Part shown: positions 20,986 through 33,649 of the stretch, in pieces
Numbering within the stretch: position 1 is the stretch's first letter
Layout of the letters: the number at the start of each line of letters is the position of its first letter
Origin: Corallochytrium limacisporum Hawaii
Lineage: Eukaryota > Protista > Pluriformea
Reading direction: 5' to 3'
DNA length: 64,000 nt
Assembly (NCBI GenBank): GCA_002811645.1
Contig: PDIP01000043.1
Location: 18,437 to 82,436 of the forward strand
Made by a program: the position numbers and the translations under genes
The notes under the pieces: model-generated
Seen by the model: only the letters and a program-made list of their open reading frames with translations
Database searches by the model: none
Told to the model about the DNA's origin: nothing

Positions 20986-22528
20986 CTTTTGACATCCGCC
21001 AGTGCTTGGTTCAGATCTGTAGATCTCTACGTATTGTTGAACTCAAGCCGGTTCTTCTTTTTTTTTAAACACCTTGGTGCATTACATAGCGATCTGTAAC
21101 CACCCTGTCTACGATCTTTCTCTGCAACAAGTGGCGTCATCGAACCAAATCCAATTGTGATCATTGGAATGTCCCGAGACCCGCACTTTGTCCGACTTCC
21201 GCCACACCTGGCATGTGAATCCACCGCAGGGGGTTAAGAAAACAGACCCGTCCGAGCGCCATGGATATTGATCATTTTATGCGTATCAAATCAATTTTAT
21301 GACCCTTTGAAGTCACCCCGAAGTTGGCGACAAATTGCCCCTCGGAACCCAAGACTTGTTCATACCCAGAGGGGGCTGTGGGTTCTCTAGCCAAGACAGC
21401 CCGAACGAATGGTGAACGAGTGGCCCCTCAGGACAGACTTTTCTCCAAGCGACCTACAGAGCCGCAACCAGCAGGGCTCCCCCCTACCCCCCACATCATT
21501 CATTCGCACCCGGAGGGCTTCGTGATTTGGGGCGCATTTTCACCGGACGAGCTGAGCTCTCTCGCCACACCGGACCCCGCCCCCTTCCCCTCCACTCTCC
21601 CGTCCGCCTCTGGGGCAATCGCTTTGGGGAGGCGGTTCCAGCAGGCGGACGACGCTCCCCCGATCGGGCCGCTCCAGCCACAAAACCACCGCACAGAGTG
21701 AGGTTACTCCTTTGTCTTGGGAACTCTTACTATAGCGGTGGCGCCCCATTTCTTCGTCAACACTGGAAGAATTGGCCGCTTTTGGCGTGAGTGGGGGAGC
21801 ATTCGGACGCCGGGGGACCCATCGCTCCCCATACAGAACCTATGGGCGGCTGCGAAGCAGTGCAAAATTTAGACTCTTTGAACGAGTGGTCTGACCCTGT
21901 AGTTTATGTAGCTACACAGGATTGAGTGGCTGTTCCGATATCTACGGAAGTGGATACATGTTGAATGTACCGAGGAGACGGCAGAACGGCAGGTGCTGAC
22001 TTCGCTGGCAATTAAAGTGTGTGGAGCAAGGCCTGTTGATTTCTGCCGGCCTTTGTATGAACCTCGTCGTAGCCGCGCAGGTGATGCACACGCCTGGATG
22101 CGTTGGCAATTCTGTAGGCTCTCTCAGCAGCTTCCATAATGAACATTCATCCAGCGGCAAGTGACACGTATATGAAGGAAATACGACCGCCTGAATTTTT
22201 TGTGGTGTTGTTCCAGCTATAATCAAAAGAGGGCTAAGATCCAGCTACCTGATCTTCTTCCGCACTGCTGCCGAGCGATAAGTCCGTCAACGATATAGTA
22301 GTTTCCAAAAGAGAGGGGACAGTAGGCTATGAACAGTCATATTGGGATGGCAGCTGTGGCTGAGAATGTGAGATAGGTGCATAAGATTTCGATTCAAGTC
22401 CACTTTGGTCTTAGAGGATTGTCAAGAACAAACTGGCAGATCGAAGAAAGAGCAAACAGAGTGGTCGGGGCGCAGACCACTCTGGAAATACTTCTCCACC
22501 TTCCAAAAGAGTTCGTGTAGACCGCAAC

Positions 22529-24268
22529 ATGCCGGACCTGCAACGGGACACCCCGCCAGCCAAGACGAAAGTTACAAATGGCAGCGCCCAGCAGAATGGT
22601 ACGATGCATGCCAATGGTGACACAACTGCGACTCCGCTCTCTGAGCGTAACCGGGAGGTGGTGCGCCTCATTGTCCAGTACTTGAATTCCATAGGTCTGT
22701 CTCCTGCAGCAAGACAGGTGGAAGAAGATAGTGGACAGGTACTGGAACCAGAAGTAGTCACGAAGTTTAGGAATAGCATACTCAATGGGCACTGGACTGA
22801 AGCCTTGGATTTGCTAGATGAGCTCAAGATAACTGAGGCCCGGGCAAAGAAAGCAATTTGTTTCATGGTGTATGAGCAAAAGTATTTGGAACTCATCGAT
22901 TCTGGGGACTTGAAAGGAGGTCTTCAATGCATTAGGCACGAATTGGCACCAGTCTGCACTAAACCTAGCCGTCTGCACGAGCTCAGCTCTTTCATGATGA
23001 GCAAAGATCGTGATAAACTCCACGAAAAGGCTAACTGGGATGGGCCAGACGGAGAAAGTCGGAAGCTCTTGCTCCAGAATGTGCAGAAGTACATTTCCCC
23101 GGAGTTGATGGTACCCGAGAACCGTCTCATGGAGTTGTTGCAGCAGGCCATCGATAGCCAGACGGCACGGTGTACATACCACAACACGTCAGATAGCACA
23201 GTCTCGCTATTGAAGGACCATCGGTGTGACCAGCGCCAAGTGCCTAACCAGTGCATACATGTTTTGAAAAAGCACAACGACGAGGTATGGATGGTTAAGT
23301 TTTCTCCGAATGGAAAGCTGTTGGCCTCTGCCTCCAAAGATGGGAAAGTCGTGCTGTGGGACTGTGAAAATAACTTTGCTTGTAAAGCTGTTGCGTCTGC
23401 GAACACGCATCATGACGCCATTCAGTACATTGCTTGGAGCCCAGGAAGTGATCAGCTTCTCACCTGCGGCGGATCCGAGGATAAGAGCGTGCGCCTGTGG
23501 ACCATAGGTCCAGACGGTGCAAAGCAGAAGCGCAAGATCACCAAGCATCTTGAAACACTGACGGCATGTGCTTGGCTCCCTTGTGGAACTAAGTTTGTCA
23601 CGGGTGGCAACGATAAGCATGTGTACCTGTGGGATGTCGAGCAAGAGGAACCTATTCACACCTGGACTAGCATTCGTCCTACGGATATTGCCGTAACACA
23701 TTCTGGTGATGGCCTTATCATGACTTGCCAAGAGCGCCGAATTCGGTGTGTGAAGCTCTCTGAGCCTTACAATGAGACTATGAGTGTGGCAGAAAATGGT
23801 AACATAACATCTCTGTGCCTAAGTAAGAACGACTGCCATGTCCTGGTCAACATTACGGACCAGGAGGTGCACCTCTGGGATCTGAAAGAAGGTCGACTGA
23901 CGCAAAAATACTACGGCCACAGCCAGGAGCGCTTTGTCATTCGAAGCTGCTTTGGAGGTTACAATGAGGTTTTTGTAGTTAGTGGCAGCGAAGACTCAAA
24001 GATTTACATATGGCACCGTCACCATGCTCATCTTCTGAAGGTTCTCAGTGGGCATAAGGCACCTGTGAATTGTGTGGCATGGAGCCCAACCAATCACCTG
24101 CTTTTCGCCAGCGCCAGTGACGACAAAATGGTTCGTATCTGGGGCGTTGGCTCCAGTGACAACTCAGAGGACGACGATGATGCTCAGATTGCAAGCGACC
24201 AAGAGGAAGATGGGGATGACAATGCCTCCGAAGAAGATTCCGCAGAAGTCGATGGCATCACAGTGTAG
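22529..24268 (+). CDS. WDR26: WD repeat protein 26 (CTLH/GID complex subunit, GID7 homolog)
   Basis: LisH (EVVRLIVQYL), CTLH (FR.SIL.G.W), EQKYLE and PENRL..LL.QA, then WD40 repeats including RSCFGG...FVVSGSED. Confidence 0.95.
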   Translation: MPDLQRDTPPAKTKVTNGSAQQNGTMHANGDTTATPLSERNREVVRLIVQYLNSIGLSPAARQVEEDSGQVLEPEVVTKFRNSILNGHWTEALDLLDELKITEARAKKAICFMVYEQKYLELIDSGDLKGGLQCIRHELAPVCTKPSRLHELSSFMMSKDRDKLHEKANWDGPDGESRKLLLQNVQKYISPELMVPENRLMELLQQAIDSQTARCTYHNTSDSTVSLLKDHRCDQRQVPNQCIHVLKKHNDEVWMVKFSPNGKLLASASKDGKVVLWDCENNFACKAVASANTHHDAIQYIAWSPGSDQLLTCGGSEDKSVRLWTIGPDGAKQKRKITKHLETLTACAWLPCGTKFVTGGNDKHVYLWDVEQEEPIHTWTSIRPTDIAVTHSGDGLIMTCQERRIRCVKLSEPYNETMSVAENGNITSLCLSKNDCHVLVNITDQEVHLWDLKEGRLTQKYYGHSQERFVIRSCFGGYNEVFVVSGSEDSKIYIWHRHHAHLLKVLSGHKAPVNCVAWSPTNHLLFASASDDKMVRIWGVGSSDNSEDDDDAQIASDQEEDGDDNASEEDSAEVDGITV

Positions 24269-24422
24269 ATTGCAAAACTCATGAAAACAGAAAAGTAAAA
24301 CTTAGTATTTAACTACGTCGGAATTGACTTTTTTCTTTCAGGTTCCTGTTCTTCTTTCTTCATCAATATGGCAACTAAGTGCAGACATGCTCAGGTCACG
24401 GAATGGGGTAGCTGATTGAACT

Positions 24423-25751
24423 TTAGAGATCAATAAGCAGCGTGAAGGGATCTTCAACAATCGCCTTGATCTTGCGGAGCGCCATGACAGCCTCGCGGCC
24501 GTCAATCAGTCGGTGATCGTAGGTCAGGCCGACGTACATCATTGGGCGCACAACCACCTCTTTGTTGATGGCAACGGGGCGGTCAAAGGTACCGGCCATA
24601 CCGAGAATGGAGCTCTGGGGCGGGTTGATAATGGGCATAGTCATAAGACTTCCGTACACACCTCCGTTGGAGATAGTGAACGTGCCACCGGTCATATCTT
24701 CGATAGCCAAGTCTCCGTCACGAGCCTTGCGTCCGAGCTCTGCAATGCCCATTTCAATCTCTGCAAGGTTCATGGACTCACAATTACGCAGGACGGGTAC
24801 AACCAGACCCTTCGGCGTACTCACAGCAACGCTGACATCAACGTAGTCCCTGTACACAATCTCGTTGCCATCAATGACGGCGTTCAGTACAGGCTGTTCC
24901 TTCAGGGCCTGTGCAGACGCCGCCACAAAGATGGACATAAACCCGAGCTTGATGCCGTACTTCTGCACAAACGCTTCCTGATGCTTCTTCCTTAGTGCCA
25001 TGATACCACTCATGTCAATTTCATTGAAGGTGGTGAGCATCGCGTATGTGTTCTGGGCATCTTTCAGCCGCTCAGCCACCTTCATGCGCAAACGAGTCAT
25101 CTTCACACGCCGTTCTTCCCGGGCGCCAGTCATGCCAGTGTCAGCAGGGGCAGCTGCCGGAGGGGCAGCAGGCTTGGGAGCCTCCTTTTTCGGGGCTGGC
25201 TTCTCGGCAGGCTTGGGAGCCTCAGCTTTAGGAGCCTCTGCCTTGGGTGGCTCTGCTGCTGGTGCCTCCTCCTGGGGGGCCTCTGCCGCCGGAGCCTCTT
25301 CCTTTGGTGCCTTTGCAGCTCCCTCAGAAGGTCCTTTTGCGGTATCAATCTTAGCAATTACCTGATCGACCTGGATAGTATCACCCTCGGCAGCAAGATG
25401 TTCTGTAACAACGCCGCTGAAAGGGGCATTGATTTCAATATCGACCTTGTCGGTTTCTACCACCGCAAGGACATCATCGCCCGCAACGTACTCTCCCACT
25501 GCGACTTCCCATTTGCTCAACTCACCCTCGGTAATAGAGTCAGCCAAAGTAGGGACTTTGATGTCCTTAACCTCACGTAGGACACGGGTTGTAATGATGC
25601 CCCGAAACTGGTTGACTTGGGCACTTCTGAAGACAGTGCCAGTAGGCCGAGCGCGGCTCACGAACTGCACACTAGATACAGGAGTCCGGATCGCTGCACT
25701 CTGCAGGACCTGACGGGCAAGACCCGTCGACCGTGCACCACAGCGCCACAT
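24423..25751 (-). CDS. DLST: 2-oxoglutarate dehydrogenase E2 (dihydrolipoamide succinyltransferase), mitochondrial
   Basis: Presequence, lipoyl domain (VETDKV), Ala/Pro/Glu/Lys linker, LTTFNE and TYDHRLIDGRE motifs. Confidence 0.97.
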   Translation of the reverse strand: MWRCGARSTGLARQVLQSAAIRTPVSSVQFVSRARPTGTVFRSAQVNQFRGIITTRVLREVKDIKVPTLADSITEGELSKWEVAVGEYVAGDDVLAVVETDKVDIEINAPFSGVVTEHLAAEGDTIQVDQVIAKIDTAKGPSEGAAKAPKEEAPAAEAPQEEAPAAEPPKAEAPKAEAPKPAEKPAPKKEAPKPAAPPAAAPADTGMTGAREERRVKMTRLRMKVAERLKDAQNTYAMLTTFNEIDMSGIMALRKKHQEAFVQKYGIKLGFMSIFVAASAQALKEQPVLNAVIDGNEIVYRDYVDVSVAVSTPKGLVVPVLRNCESMNLAEIEMGIAELGRKARDGDLAIEDMTGGTFTISNGGVYGSLMTMPIINPPQSSILGMAGTFDRPVAINKEVVVRPMMYVGLTYDHRLIDGREAVMALRKIKAIVEDPFTLLIDL

Positions 25752-27664
25752 TTTCTGATGAGATAATTAGTAGTGACGTAAAGTGGTCTCCCGACTTAAG
25801 ACGTATGATGCATACATGGGCTGTATAATTCATGTGTTAGTTTTACCGACTCGGAAGTCCCTAACACTTTGATGTAGCTGTAGGCTTGAGTGCTTTTCTT
25901 CTGTGGAAGAAACTAGAGCATATATTGGCTGTCTCTTGGGACGTATAGCGATTCGAAATGGCCGCAATAAAGGTAAAGTCCGCGCCCCAGCAGGCAGAAG
26001 AATGCGTGTTTTGCGTGTGCCTGTTGCCACTCGTCGAAACCTTTTGCTGATGCACTCCCATACCGTTCATGTGCAACAGACCAAGTGCCCAAGAAAGGAT
26101 AACTTTCGTCGTTTCAGTACTAAAATTGCCATGACGTAGTGAGGGTCCTCCTCGGCCCCAATGCTGACTCGCGGGCCGTGTTTTCACCCACAGTGGAACT
26201 TCGTGTTGCTACTCTGCTCGCTGTTGTGAATCCGCCACATTTGCAATTGGGGGTGCGTGCTTTCCCGGGAAACGTTTTCCGATTGTTACCGGCAAAATAT
26301 TGCCAATAGGACGCACCACGCTCCAACACTATGCCGGTGAGAGAGGGCCCTTTTTCTCAGTGGTTTTCCCTTGCGGTTGTTTATGCCACCCCCGCTCACT
26401 TACTACCCGAAACGAACCGCAGCGAAAAGCAGATAGATAAACAGGGACCGCACCTCGCTCGCCGTACTTTTACTATCCTCTGCCCATTGCGTACATAGTA
26501 TAAACCAGAAGTCACCGTACACCATGGATCCCAGATGCAAACTACTGTATCTTCATTCGCCCACGGCAACAGAATTGAGTCAACTCCATTCCTTCATACC
26601 ATGCTCGCCACTACTACTCTGTACTACACGCGCACGATGACCGGCGAATGTAAGGCACAGAAAGGGCCCCAAGGACGCTGTGTATTCGCTTGCCCGTAAC
26701 CTCTACAACATCATCTACAGCGCATGGATGCGTATCGCAATGATGAGTACACCATCCGCTCAATGCAGGCTGACCAGGACCCTACAAGGTTTTGTAAAGC
26801 GGATGGGGTTGTGCTCGACCAACACTGGTACACCCATACAAAGTCTACAACCACGGCAGGTTAACACAATCAGTTACACATCCTCTAGCGGGATTTGCCT
26901 AGAGGAAGTTTGCATCACTCTGCAGGTATAGGGTCGCCAACAGGAAACCCGAGCTCTTGCGTGAAGAATTTTTACCCACGCGCGGCAAAAGATGTTTTCT
27001 ACACTGTAAAAAGTCTTCTTCGTTGATATCGAGAAGATGAATTGGTGTAATAAACATGGTATATTTTATCACCCGTCCGAATGCAATGCTGTAACAGACT
27101 CCGCTACGGGACAGCCGCCCCCCGGGCGCCCCCGCGGGGGGGGGGGGGGGCAAACGTGACCCACAGCACGGCTAAGCCCCGATCGGGGGACTCCGAGAAG
27201 AGAGCAATGAAAACATTGTAAGGGAAGAAAACTTGGCGAAGGGGAAGAAGAATTGGCCTAGAACCAAAGGAAAAAAATATATGCTCGGGCCTACAAACGC
27301 AGAAGAAGATTAAAGGGACACACCAAAAGAAACCGGCTTCTGCACTCGGAACACGGGGAAGGCGGCTTCACGGTTTCATCCTCCCGCATCACCCCAGTAG
27401 CCCGTGTTGGACACCCTCACGGAGGAGACTGGCCTGCAGATTACCCGCTCATCCCCTTGGAAGAACGAACGAGTGCGACAATGTGGGAAGACTTGAGCTT
27501 TGGCGTACTTGAGATGTGCACGCAAATTAAATTCAGTGAAGGCATCCCAGTTCACACGATCCTAGAATGAAACTGGAAAGGTGCAATGGACGAACCCCAT
27601 AGTTTCCGATGGGCGAAGACATCTCATAGAGCAGCGCAACTAGGTAAAGGCCTACACACGAAGA

Positions 27665-28684
27665 ATGACATTCTGTCGGCTGCTTCTTCTGACTGATATT
27701 CAGTATGCAGATAAGGACGGTGAGAATGACCGCTACCGCACAGCCTGGCCACGATTGCAAACGACCATAAACCAGTTCAATGATCTCGGAATCCAGGTCG
27801 ACATGGCCATCCATCTCGGTGACATTATCGATGGATACGAACCCAAGTCTTCAGAGAACAAGGATAGGGCACTACATGACATGAACAATGTCCTAGGACA
27901 GCTGGGTAATCTGAACTGCCCCCGACTGTTTCATGTCTTGGGCAACCATGACTTGTTGAATCTGGAACGCACCAGCATTTACGAGACATTATCCATTCCT
28001 TGTAAGAGCGACAGCCCAGCATACTATTCTGCGGGCCCACTGGCGAATGGTGTGCGTGTGATTATCCTGGACACAATGCACCACAACGTACACGGTTGGC
28101 CCGTGGGTCACCCGAACTATATTGAAGCCCAGGCCTGGCTTGCTGAAAACCCTGAGGCTTCCCACTCGTACGACTGGAACGGAGCGGTTGGAAAGGAACA
28201 GATAGACTGGCTCCGGAGAGAAATTGAGGAGTCCCAGTCCAAGGGCGAGTTGGTCATCGTCATGGGTCACATCCCACTCTTGGCACAGGCTGCTGATGAG
28301 AAGCATCTAGTTTACAACGGCCGTGAGGTAGCGGATCTGCTGGATGAATACTCGACTACGGTGCTGGCCTATTTTGCAGGTCACTACCACCTCTCCGGAA
28401 GCACTTTGCCACCCTGCCACAACGGGTCAGTGGCCAAGGGATCGGAACTGGACGGTAAGGTCCCCTGCCTGCATGAGCCGGTAGAAGTACTCAAAGAGAG
28501 ACCCGCATCCGTACCGCACATTACGCTCAAGGGCCATTTGGACCTGGGCCCAGATACCTCGAAGTATGCCTTTGCGATCGTAGAGGTAAGTCAGGCCGGG
28601 ATGCTAAATATCATGGGTCACGGCGAGCAGGCATCATACAAGGCCGTACCAGCGCCCAAAAAGGACAAAGATCCACGTCTATGA
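27665..28684 (+). CDS. ADPRM: Mn-dependent ADP-ribose/CDP-alcohol diphosphatase
   Basis: DIQYAD, LGDIIDG, LGNHD, WNGAVGKEQ..WL, H.P and GHYH motifs. Confidence 0.85.
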   Translation: MTFCRLLLLTDIQYADKDGENDRYRTAWPRLQTTINQFNDLGIQVDMAIHLGDIIDGYEPKSSENKDRALHDMNNVLGQLGNLNCPRLFHVLGNHDLLNLERTSIYETLSIPCKSDSPAYYSAGPLANGVRVIILDTMHHNVHGWPVGHPNYIEAQAWLAENPEASHSYDWNGAVGKEQIDWLRREIEESQSKGELVIVMGHIPLLAQAADEKHLVYNGREVADLLDEYSTTVLAYFAGHYHLSGSTLPPCHNGSVAKGSELDGKVPCLHEPVEVLKERPASVPHITLKGHLDLGPDTSKYAFAIVEVSQAGMLNIMGHGEQASYKAVPAPKKDKDPRL

Positions 28685-28937
28685 GATGAGTGGCAAGCGA
28701 TTTTCCACAGTCTTTCGTTCACCCGGGCGGTGCGAGGCGATACATTGACGAGTAGAAGAATTACAAAGACAATCACGAACATGATACTATGTTTCGAATG
28801 AAATTTTACTTTTCTTTTCCCCACATCATGGGGTATTGGCTGCTCCTGTCCCAAATAGAAATAGCAGGATCAGCCCTTGTTTTCTTTGTCGATATTTTTG
28901 GAAACTACATGGTACACGAAGAGTGAGGCGAGGAAAC

Positions 28938-30221
28938 CTAAGCATAGTACTGATGAGTGGACTTCTTTTTGGCGGTGACCTCCTGGATACCTTCCATGTA
29001 GTCCTCATGATCCAATTCCGTGGCTCCACGACGCAGAGCAATCATGCCTGCCTCCACACACACAGCCTTGAGCTGAGCACCGTTGAAGTCTTCCGTTGAA
29101 CGTGCCAATTCCTCAAAGTTGACGTTGGCATTAACGTTCATCTTACGGCTGTGGATCTGCAGAATACGAGCCCGGGCCTCCTCGTTCGGATGAGGGAACT
29201 CAATCTTACGATCGAGACGACCAGAGCGCAGCAGCGCAGGATCCAGGATATCAATACGGTTGGTGGCAGCAATGACCTTGATCCTGTCGTCGCTGGAGAA
29301 ACCATCAAGCTGATTCAACAGTTCCAACATAGTACGCTGCACCTCACGATCACCAGCCTTCTCAGAATCGAAGCGCTTGGTACCAATGGCATCCAATTCG
29401 TCAATAAAAATGATAGTGGGTGCCTTCTCCTTGGCCAGAGCAAATGCATCACGCACAAGTTTTGCACCATCACCGATAAACATCTGCACGAGTTGCGGTC
29501 CAGCAAGCTTCAAGTACGTACTCTTGGTCTGTGCAGCACAGGCACGGGCCAGCAACGTCTTTCCGGTACCTGGGGGTCCGTACATGAGCACACCCTTTGG
29601 CGGCTTGATGCCCAGGGTATCGAAGCGGTCCTTGTGCTCGAACGGCAAGACAATGGCCTCAACCATCTCTTGAATCTGTTTGTCTAGTCCACCAACGTCA
29701 GAATACTCCTCGGAAGGACGTTCGTCAACTTCCATGGCCTTGACACGACTATCATACTCTGCGGGAAGCATATCAAGAATTAAGTAGGAGTCCTTGTTAA
29801 CACCAACCAGGTCGCCGGGAGTCATCTTTTCGGGCTCAACTAGACCGACCACCGGCAAGAAGATAGTCTGGCGCGTACTCGTCTTAATCACAGCACACTT
29901 TCCTTTCCGCTGTGCATCAACATCAGCATTCGCACCATCTTCTTCACCCTCAGGCTCCAGATCGAGGAGTTCAACCACGTTACCAACCAGATACGGCAAC
30001 TGCTTGTTGACTTTGATCTTTTCTTTGTTTTCTTTGATCTTTTCCCGCTGAGCACTAAGTTCGTGCTGAAGACGCTTCGTTTCATTTTGCATAACCTTAA
30101 TTTCATTTTCCAGAAGCCGTGTCCGTGTCATGATCTCGTCTGTGTCCATGCGCTTGACTTCCTCGTCAATCTCCTCCTCGACATTGTTCCAAATCGACTT
30201 GTCCTCCAGTTCTGTGGCCAT
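28938..30221 (-). CDS. PSMC3: 26S proteasome AAA-ATPase subunit Rpt5
   Basis: [15 protein letters not shown] and [15 protein letters not shown] motifs; C-terminal HbYX tail YYA. Confidence 0.98.
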   Translation of the reverse strand: MATELEDKSIWNNVEEEIDEEVKRMDTDEIMTRTRLLENEIKVMQNETKRLQHELSAQREKIKENKEKIKVNKQLPYLVGNVVELLDLEPEGEEDGANADVDAQRKGKCAVIKTSTRQTIFLPVVGLVEPEKMTPGDLVGVNKDSYLILDMLPAEYDSRVKAMEVDERPSEEYSDVGGLDKQIQEMVEAIVLPFEHKDRFDTLGIKPPKGVLMYGPPGTGKTLLARACAAQTKSTYLKLAGPQLVQMFIGDGAKLVRDAFALAKEKAPTIIFIDELDAIGTKRFDSEKAGDREVQRTMLELLNQLDGFSSDDRIKVIAATNRIDILDPALLRSGRLDRKIEFPHPNEEARARILQIHSRKMNVNANVNFEELARSTEDFNGAQLKAVCVEAGMIALRRGATELDHEDYMEGIQEVTAKKKSTHQYYA

Positions 30222-31252
30222 GGTTGCAGTTGGCTACTTTGTGGCCGCTATGAAACTAAATTTACGACTATTGGTTTCAAATTCAATGTCTGTTTGTTGT
30301 CCCACCAATACATACAACTCCAGAACAAATTCAAATACGAAGGATGCACACAACTTCGACCCAGAAGTTGTGCACTATGTCTGTCACATCATGCCATCCT
30401 GCCGATAGTCAGAGAAACAAAGTGAGTCTCTTAAATAGTGATCGTTCACGTAAACCAAAGGAAGGTTGAACACATAGTTCGAAAGGAGAACCGGAACTCG
30501 AAATCAAGTCGAACTGACACGCACAAATGGCACTGCGACTGTTCCACACAAACGCCAAACAGCCATCCGGTCACACCGCAACGGACGGACCTCGGTCGTG
30601 GCCCCCCTCCCTCCCTCGCTGGCTCTCCCAAAGAAAAACAACGGAACGAGACCAGCTGGGCGTTGCAACCCAGTTTGACCGTTTTGGCTTTTTCTTGGCG
30701 CTGTGTTTTACCTGTGGGGGTTCGGCCCTCCGTTGCTTTTACAACTGTCGCAGTGAGACCATCCGTTGGCCCGTTCCTAATTTTCCGGCGCCATTTTCAA
30801 TCAGCCCCTCTCTCACCTTGTTCCATTTTCTTTTCTTCCCAGTTTTTCCTTCGCGAACGGCTCCGGGAAGGAACCCTGGGGGGAAGGGCAGGGTGGTCGA
30901 GGCCCGGGTAGCTGGGTACTGAACACAGCGGAAATCGGGAGCAGCAGAGAGAGTGCCACAGCTTTGTGTCTGGTGGAGAAGAAGGGACGGGGGCTAGTAG
31001 AAAGCAGCGTCCGAACAGGGATAATTGGCAGTAGTCCGTATAACATGGACGCGGAAATACACTTCGACGGCCCACGAGACTGGAGTTTTCATCGTTTGTG
31101 GACAGTCTTTCAAACACTGGGAAGCAGATATATGAGAACATTGAGACAGTAACTATAGCTTTAAGGGAAAAACAAATGCATGAAAAGATTTGTAATGAGA
31201 AACGAAATATGCAAACATAAAGAACTATGTTCGTAGCAGCAATCCATCTGGT

Positions 31253-32437
31253 TCAGTAGTGATGTTGAGCAGATGTTTGCTGGACATTAGAGCGGCCTGC
31301 CTTGCGAGGAGGTTGCGATGATGTCTGCGAGGTCGCCGAGCTGCGTCGTCGATGACCATTGTGCACATCATTATCTGATGCCCATGCTGGTTGATTTGTG
31401 CTGAAGCTTGGCTTTTTGCGATCGAAGTTAAAGGTCGGTGGTACATATTCGCAACCACACCCACCACAACAGCCCGGTTCACTGGGAGCACTACTTGCTA
31501 CGGAACTTCCGTAAGAAGGTGCTTTCTTGCGTGCACGTGATTCTGCTGTTGTCTTTGAACGCGAGTTGGTGCGGTACTGAGTGTCTGTTCGTTGCTGTGG
31601 AGCTCGAGAGGGTCCATTTTGCAGAAAGTAGTCTCCGGTCAGGCCAGCCTGCTGGCTGCCAGAGCCAAGTTGAGGCAATATCTCCTCTTTCCGACTGACT
31701 TCCACCCCATTCTCGTACCGCACAGTGGTCTTCTTGCCGCCTACAATTTCTGTTCGTTCCGTGACGGTCTTTCCCCCCGAAGTGACGGTAGAGCTGGAGC
31801 TCGAGGCGAAGCTTCCACCGCCCATACCGTTCATGGCGCCGACATCGGTGAAGCCACCGATTGTACCAAAGTTGCCGAAACCACTCATCATGCTACTGCC
31901 CATCATGCTACTGCCCATCATGCTACTGCCCATCATGCTACTGCCCATCATGCTATTGCCCATCATGCCACCACCGCCGAAACTGCCCGTGAATAAGGGG
32001 TCGTTACCGAACATGTTGTCAAATAGGGACCCTGGCTGTGCCTGAGGCCTTGACTGTCTAGCCTGCGGGCGGTGAAAAGCATTGGTTCCGTACATGAAGG
32101 GATCGTTGCCAAAGATGCTCGCGAAGAGTTCCATAGGGTTGTGGAAATGGAATCCCTCGTGGTAAAATCCATCATCTTCCGCTTCGGCGCCACCTTTGCG
32201 AACTCCTTCCATACCGTAGCGATCGTACAGGGTACGCTTCTTCTCATCACTTAGCACTTCATATGCCTCGCTCACCATACGAAACATAACCTCTGCACTT
32301 TCTTTGTCCATTGGATTCTTATCCGGATGCCACCGCAGAGCCTGTTTCTTGTAGGCTTTCTTCACATCGTCAGCTGTTGAGCTCCTCGTGATCCCGAGGA
32401 CGTCGTAGAAGTCGACATCATCATCTATTGCTGCCAT
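31253..32437 (-). CDS. Class B DnaJ co-chaperone (DNAJB6/B2/B8-like)
   Basis: J domain with WHPDKNP, a G/F-rich region, and an S/T-rich beta segment (SSSSSTVTSGGKTVT.RT...ENG). Confidence 0.9.
   Translation of the reverse strand: MAAIDDDVDFYDVLGITRSSTADDVKKAYKKQALRWHPDKNPMDKESAEVMFRMVSEAYEVLSDEKKRTLYDRYGMEGVRKGGAEAEDDGFYHEGFHFHNPMELFASIFGNDPFMYGTNAFHRPQARQSRPQAQPGSLFDNMFGNDPLFTGSFGGGGMMGNSMMGSSMMGSSMMGSSMMGSSMMSGFGNFGTIGGFTDVGAMNGMGGGSFASSSSSTVTSGGKTVTERTEIVGGKKTTVRYENGVEVSRKEEILPQLGSGSQQAGLTGDYFLQNGPSRAPQQRTDTQYRTNSRSKTTAESRARKKAPSYGSSVASSAPSEPGCCGGCGCEYVPPTFNFDRKKPSFSTNQPAWASDNDVHNGHRRRSSATSQTSSQPPRKAGRSNVQQTSAQHHY
31886..31968. repeat. 15-bp coding minisatellite (CATCATGCTACTGCC x about 5.5) encoding GSSMM repeats
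   Basis: Four perfect units, one unit with a single mismatch and a partial unit, inside the DnaJ gene. Confidence 0.95.
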
Positions 32438-33649
32438 ACTGAACGCCTGTTACGTTTGTCTATTGTGATTCAGTTGTGCCTGTGTTTATTGTCAACTACG
32501 ACTAAAACTGTGGGCATGTACACTCATTGATCTTCGCTCTCATTTTTGCGCACGAGTCTAAGAATTAGACCATTCTGCTTACAGACTAATACATCCTGGT
32601 GCCTGGATCTTTAAGTACCCGCAAATACGTACCCTTATCATGCCATCAATACCATCCATCTCGAAGGCTCTGGACAGAACAGGAAAGTATGTCTCCAAAA
32701 GGAATGCAAAATAAGCAAAACAAAAGACTCAAAAACTTGGTATATTCCTTTGAAACGCCTGCAACCCACTGTCTCCCTACATGCACATAAGGGGATCGAC
32801 ATGCCAATTTTTCGCCACAGAGAACAGTGTGCCGGCCGTCTGGTGACGCGCAACTGTTTGCCCAGTACAACAGAACCTCACAGTTTCCCCTGCTGCCAAC
32901 GCACGGTCCAAATGAACGAGGCGCCCAGAGCCACCTTCGAGCCACCTCCGTTCCCCGGTTGACCTAGGAATGAGACCCACCCTTCGCAAAAAATCTCCCC
33001 AACCGTTCCGAACCGGTGCTTCGTTCAGTACGTTTAGTACCGAATTCGCTGTAGCCGGTTGTGGGGGCACTGGTCCTGCGTTCTGGAACATTCAAGAATT
33101 TGGGAAAGGCAGGCGAAAAAAAACTACGTTAGTACCCGTTCACATACCGCTCTCCTTCCTACATTGGCTAAGAAGGCAACGACTGTGTATGGAAACTTTC
33201 CAAAAACTGCTGAGCGACGGAGACTTTTTTCCCGGCCCCTTACTTTTCGCCCACAGTTGCTGACCGCTGTCCACTCCGTCCGTTCCCCTCTCCCATCCCG
33301 CTTGCCTCCGGGCCCGGGAGAGGCGAATCCCTGGACAGGAGGCCCACAGGGAGCATAGGTGGGAGGTGAAAACGGGAGTCTGAAGCGGGTTGTATTCTGC
33401 GAATAAACATGAATCAAGGTGCACAACTTAGTTTCTCGAGCGCCCGCCCCGGGTAAGTCCCAGTAGGGAAAGTGTTAGCACCGGTCTGTTTACTGACCGT
33501 GTACTGCGCACACAGTAGCGGCTTTGTTTTTCTGGGAGGGGCCAGCGAAGCACTCCGGCGGGCGGGAGAGGGTTGGGAAGGGGAACAAGTCGCGCGTTAG
33601 CCGAAGGCCCCACTACCCCACCGCGGGTCGCAGAAAAATTGCCCCCCCC

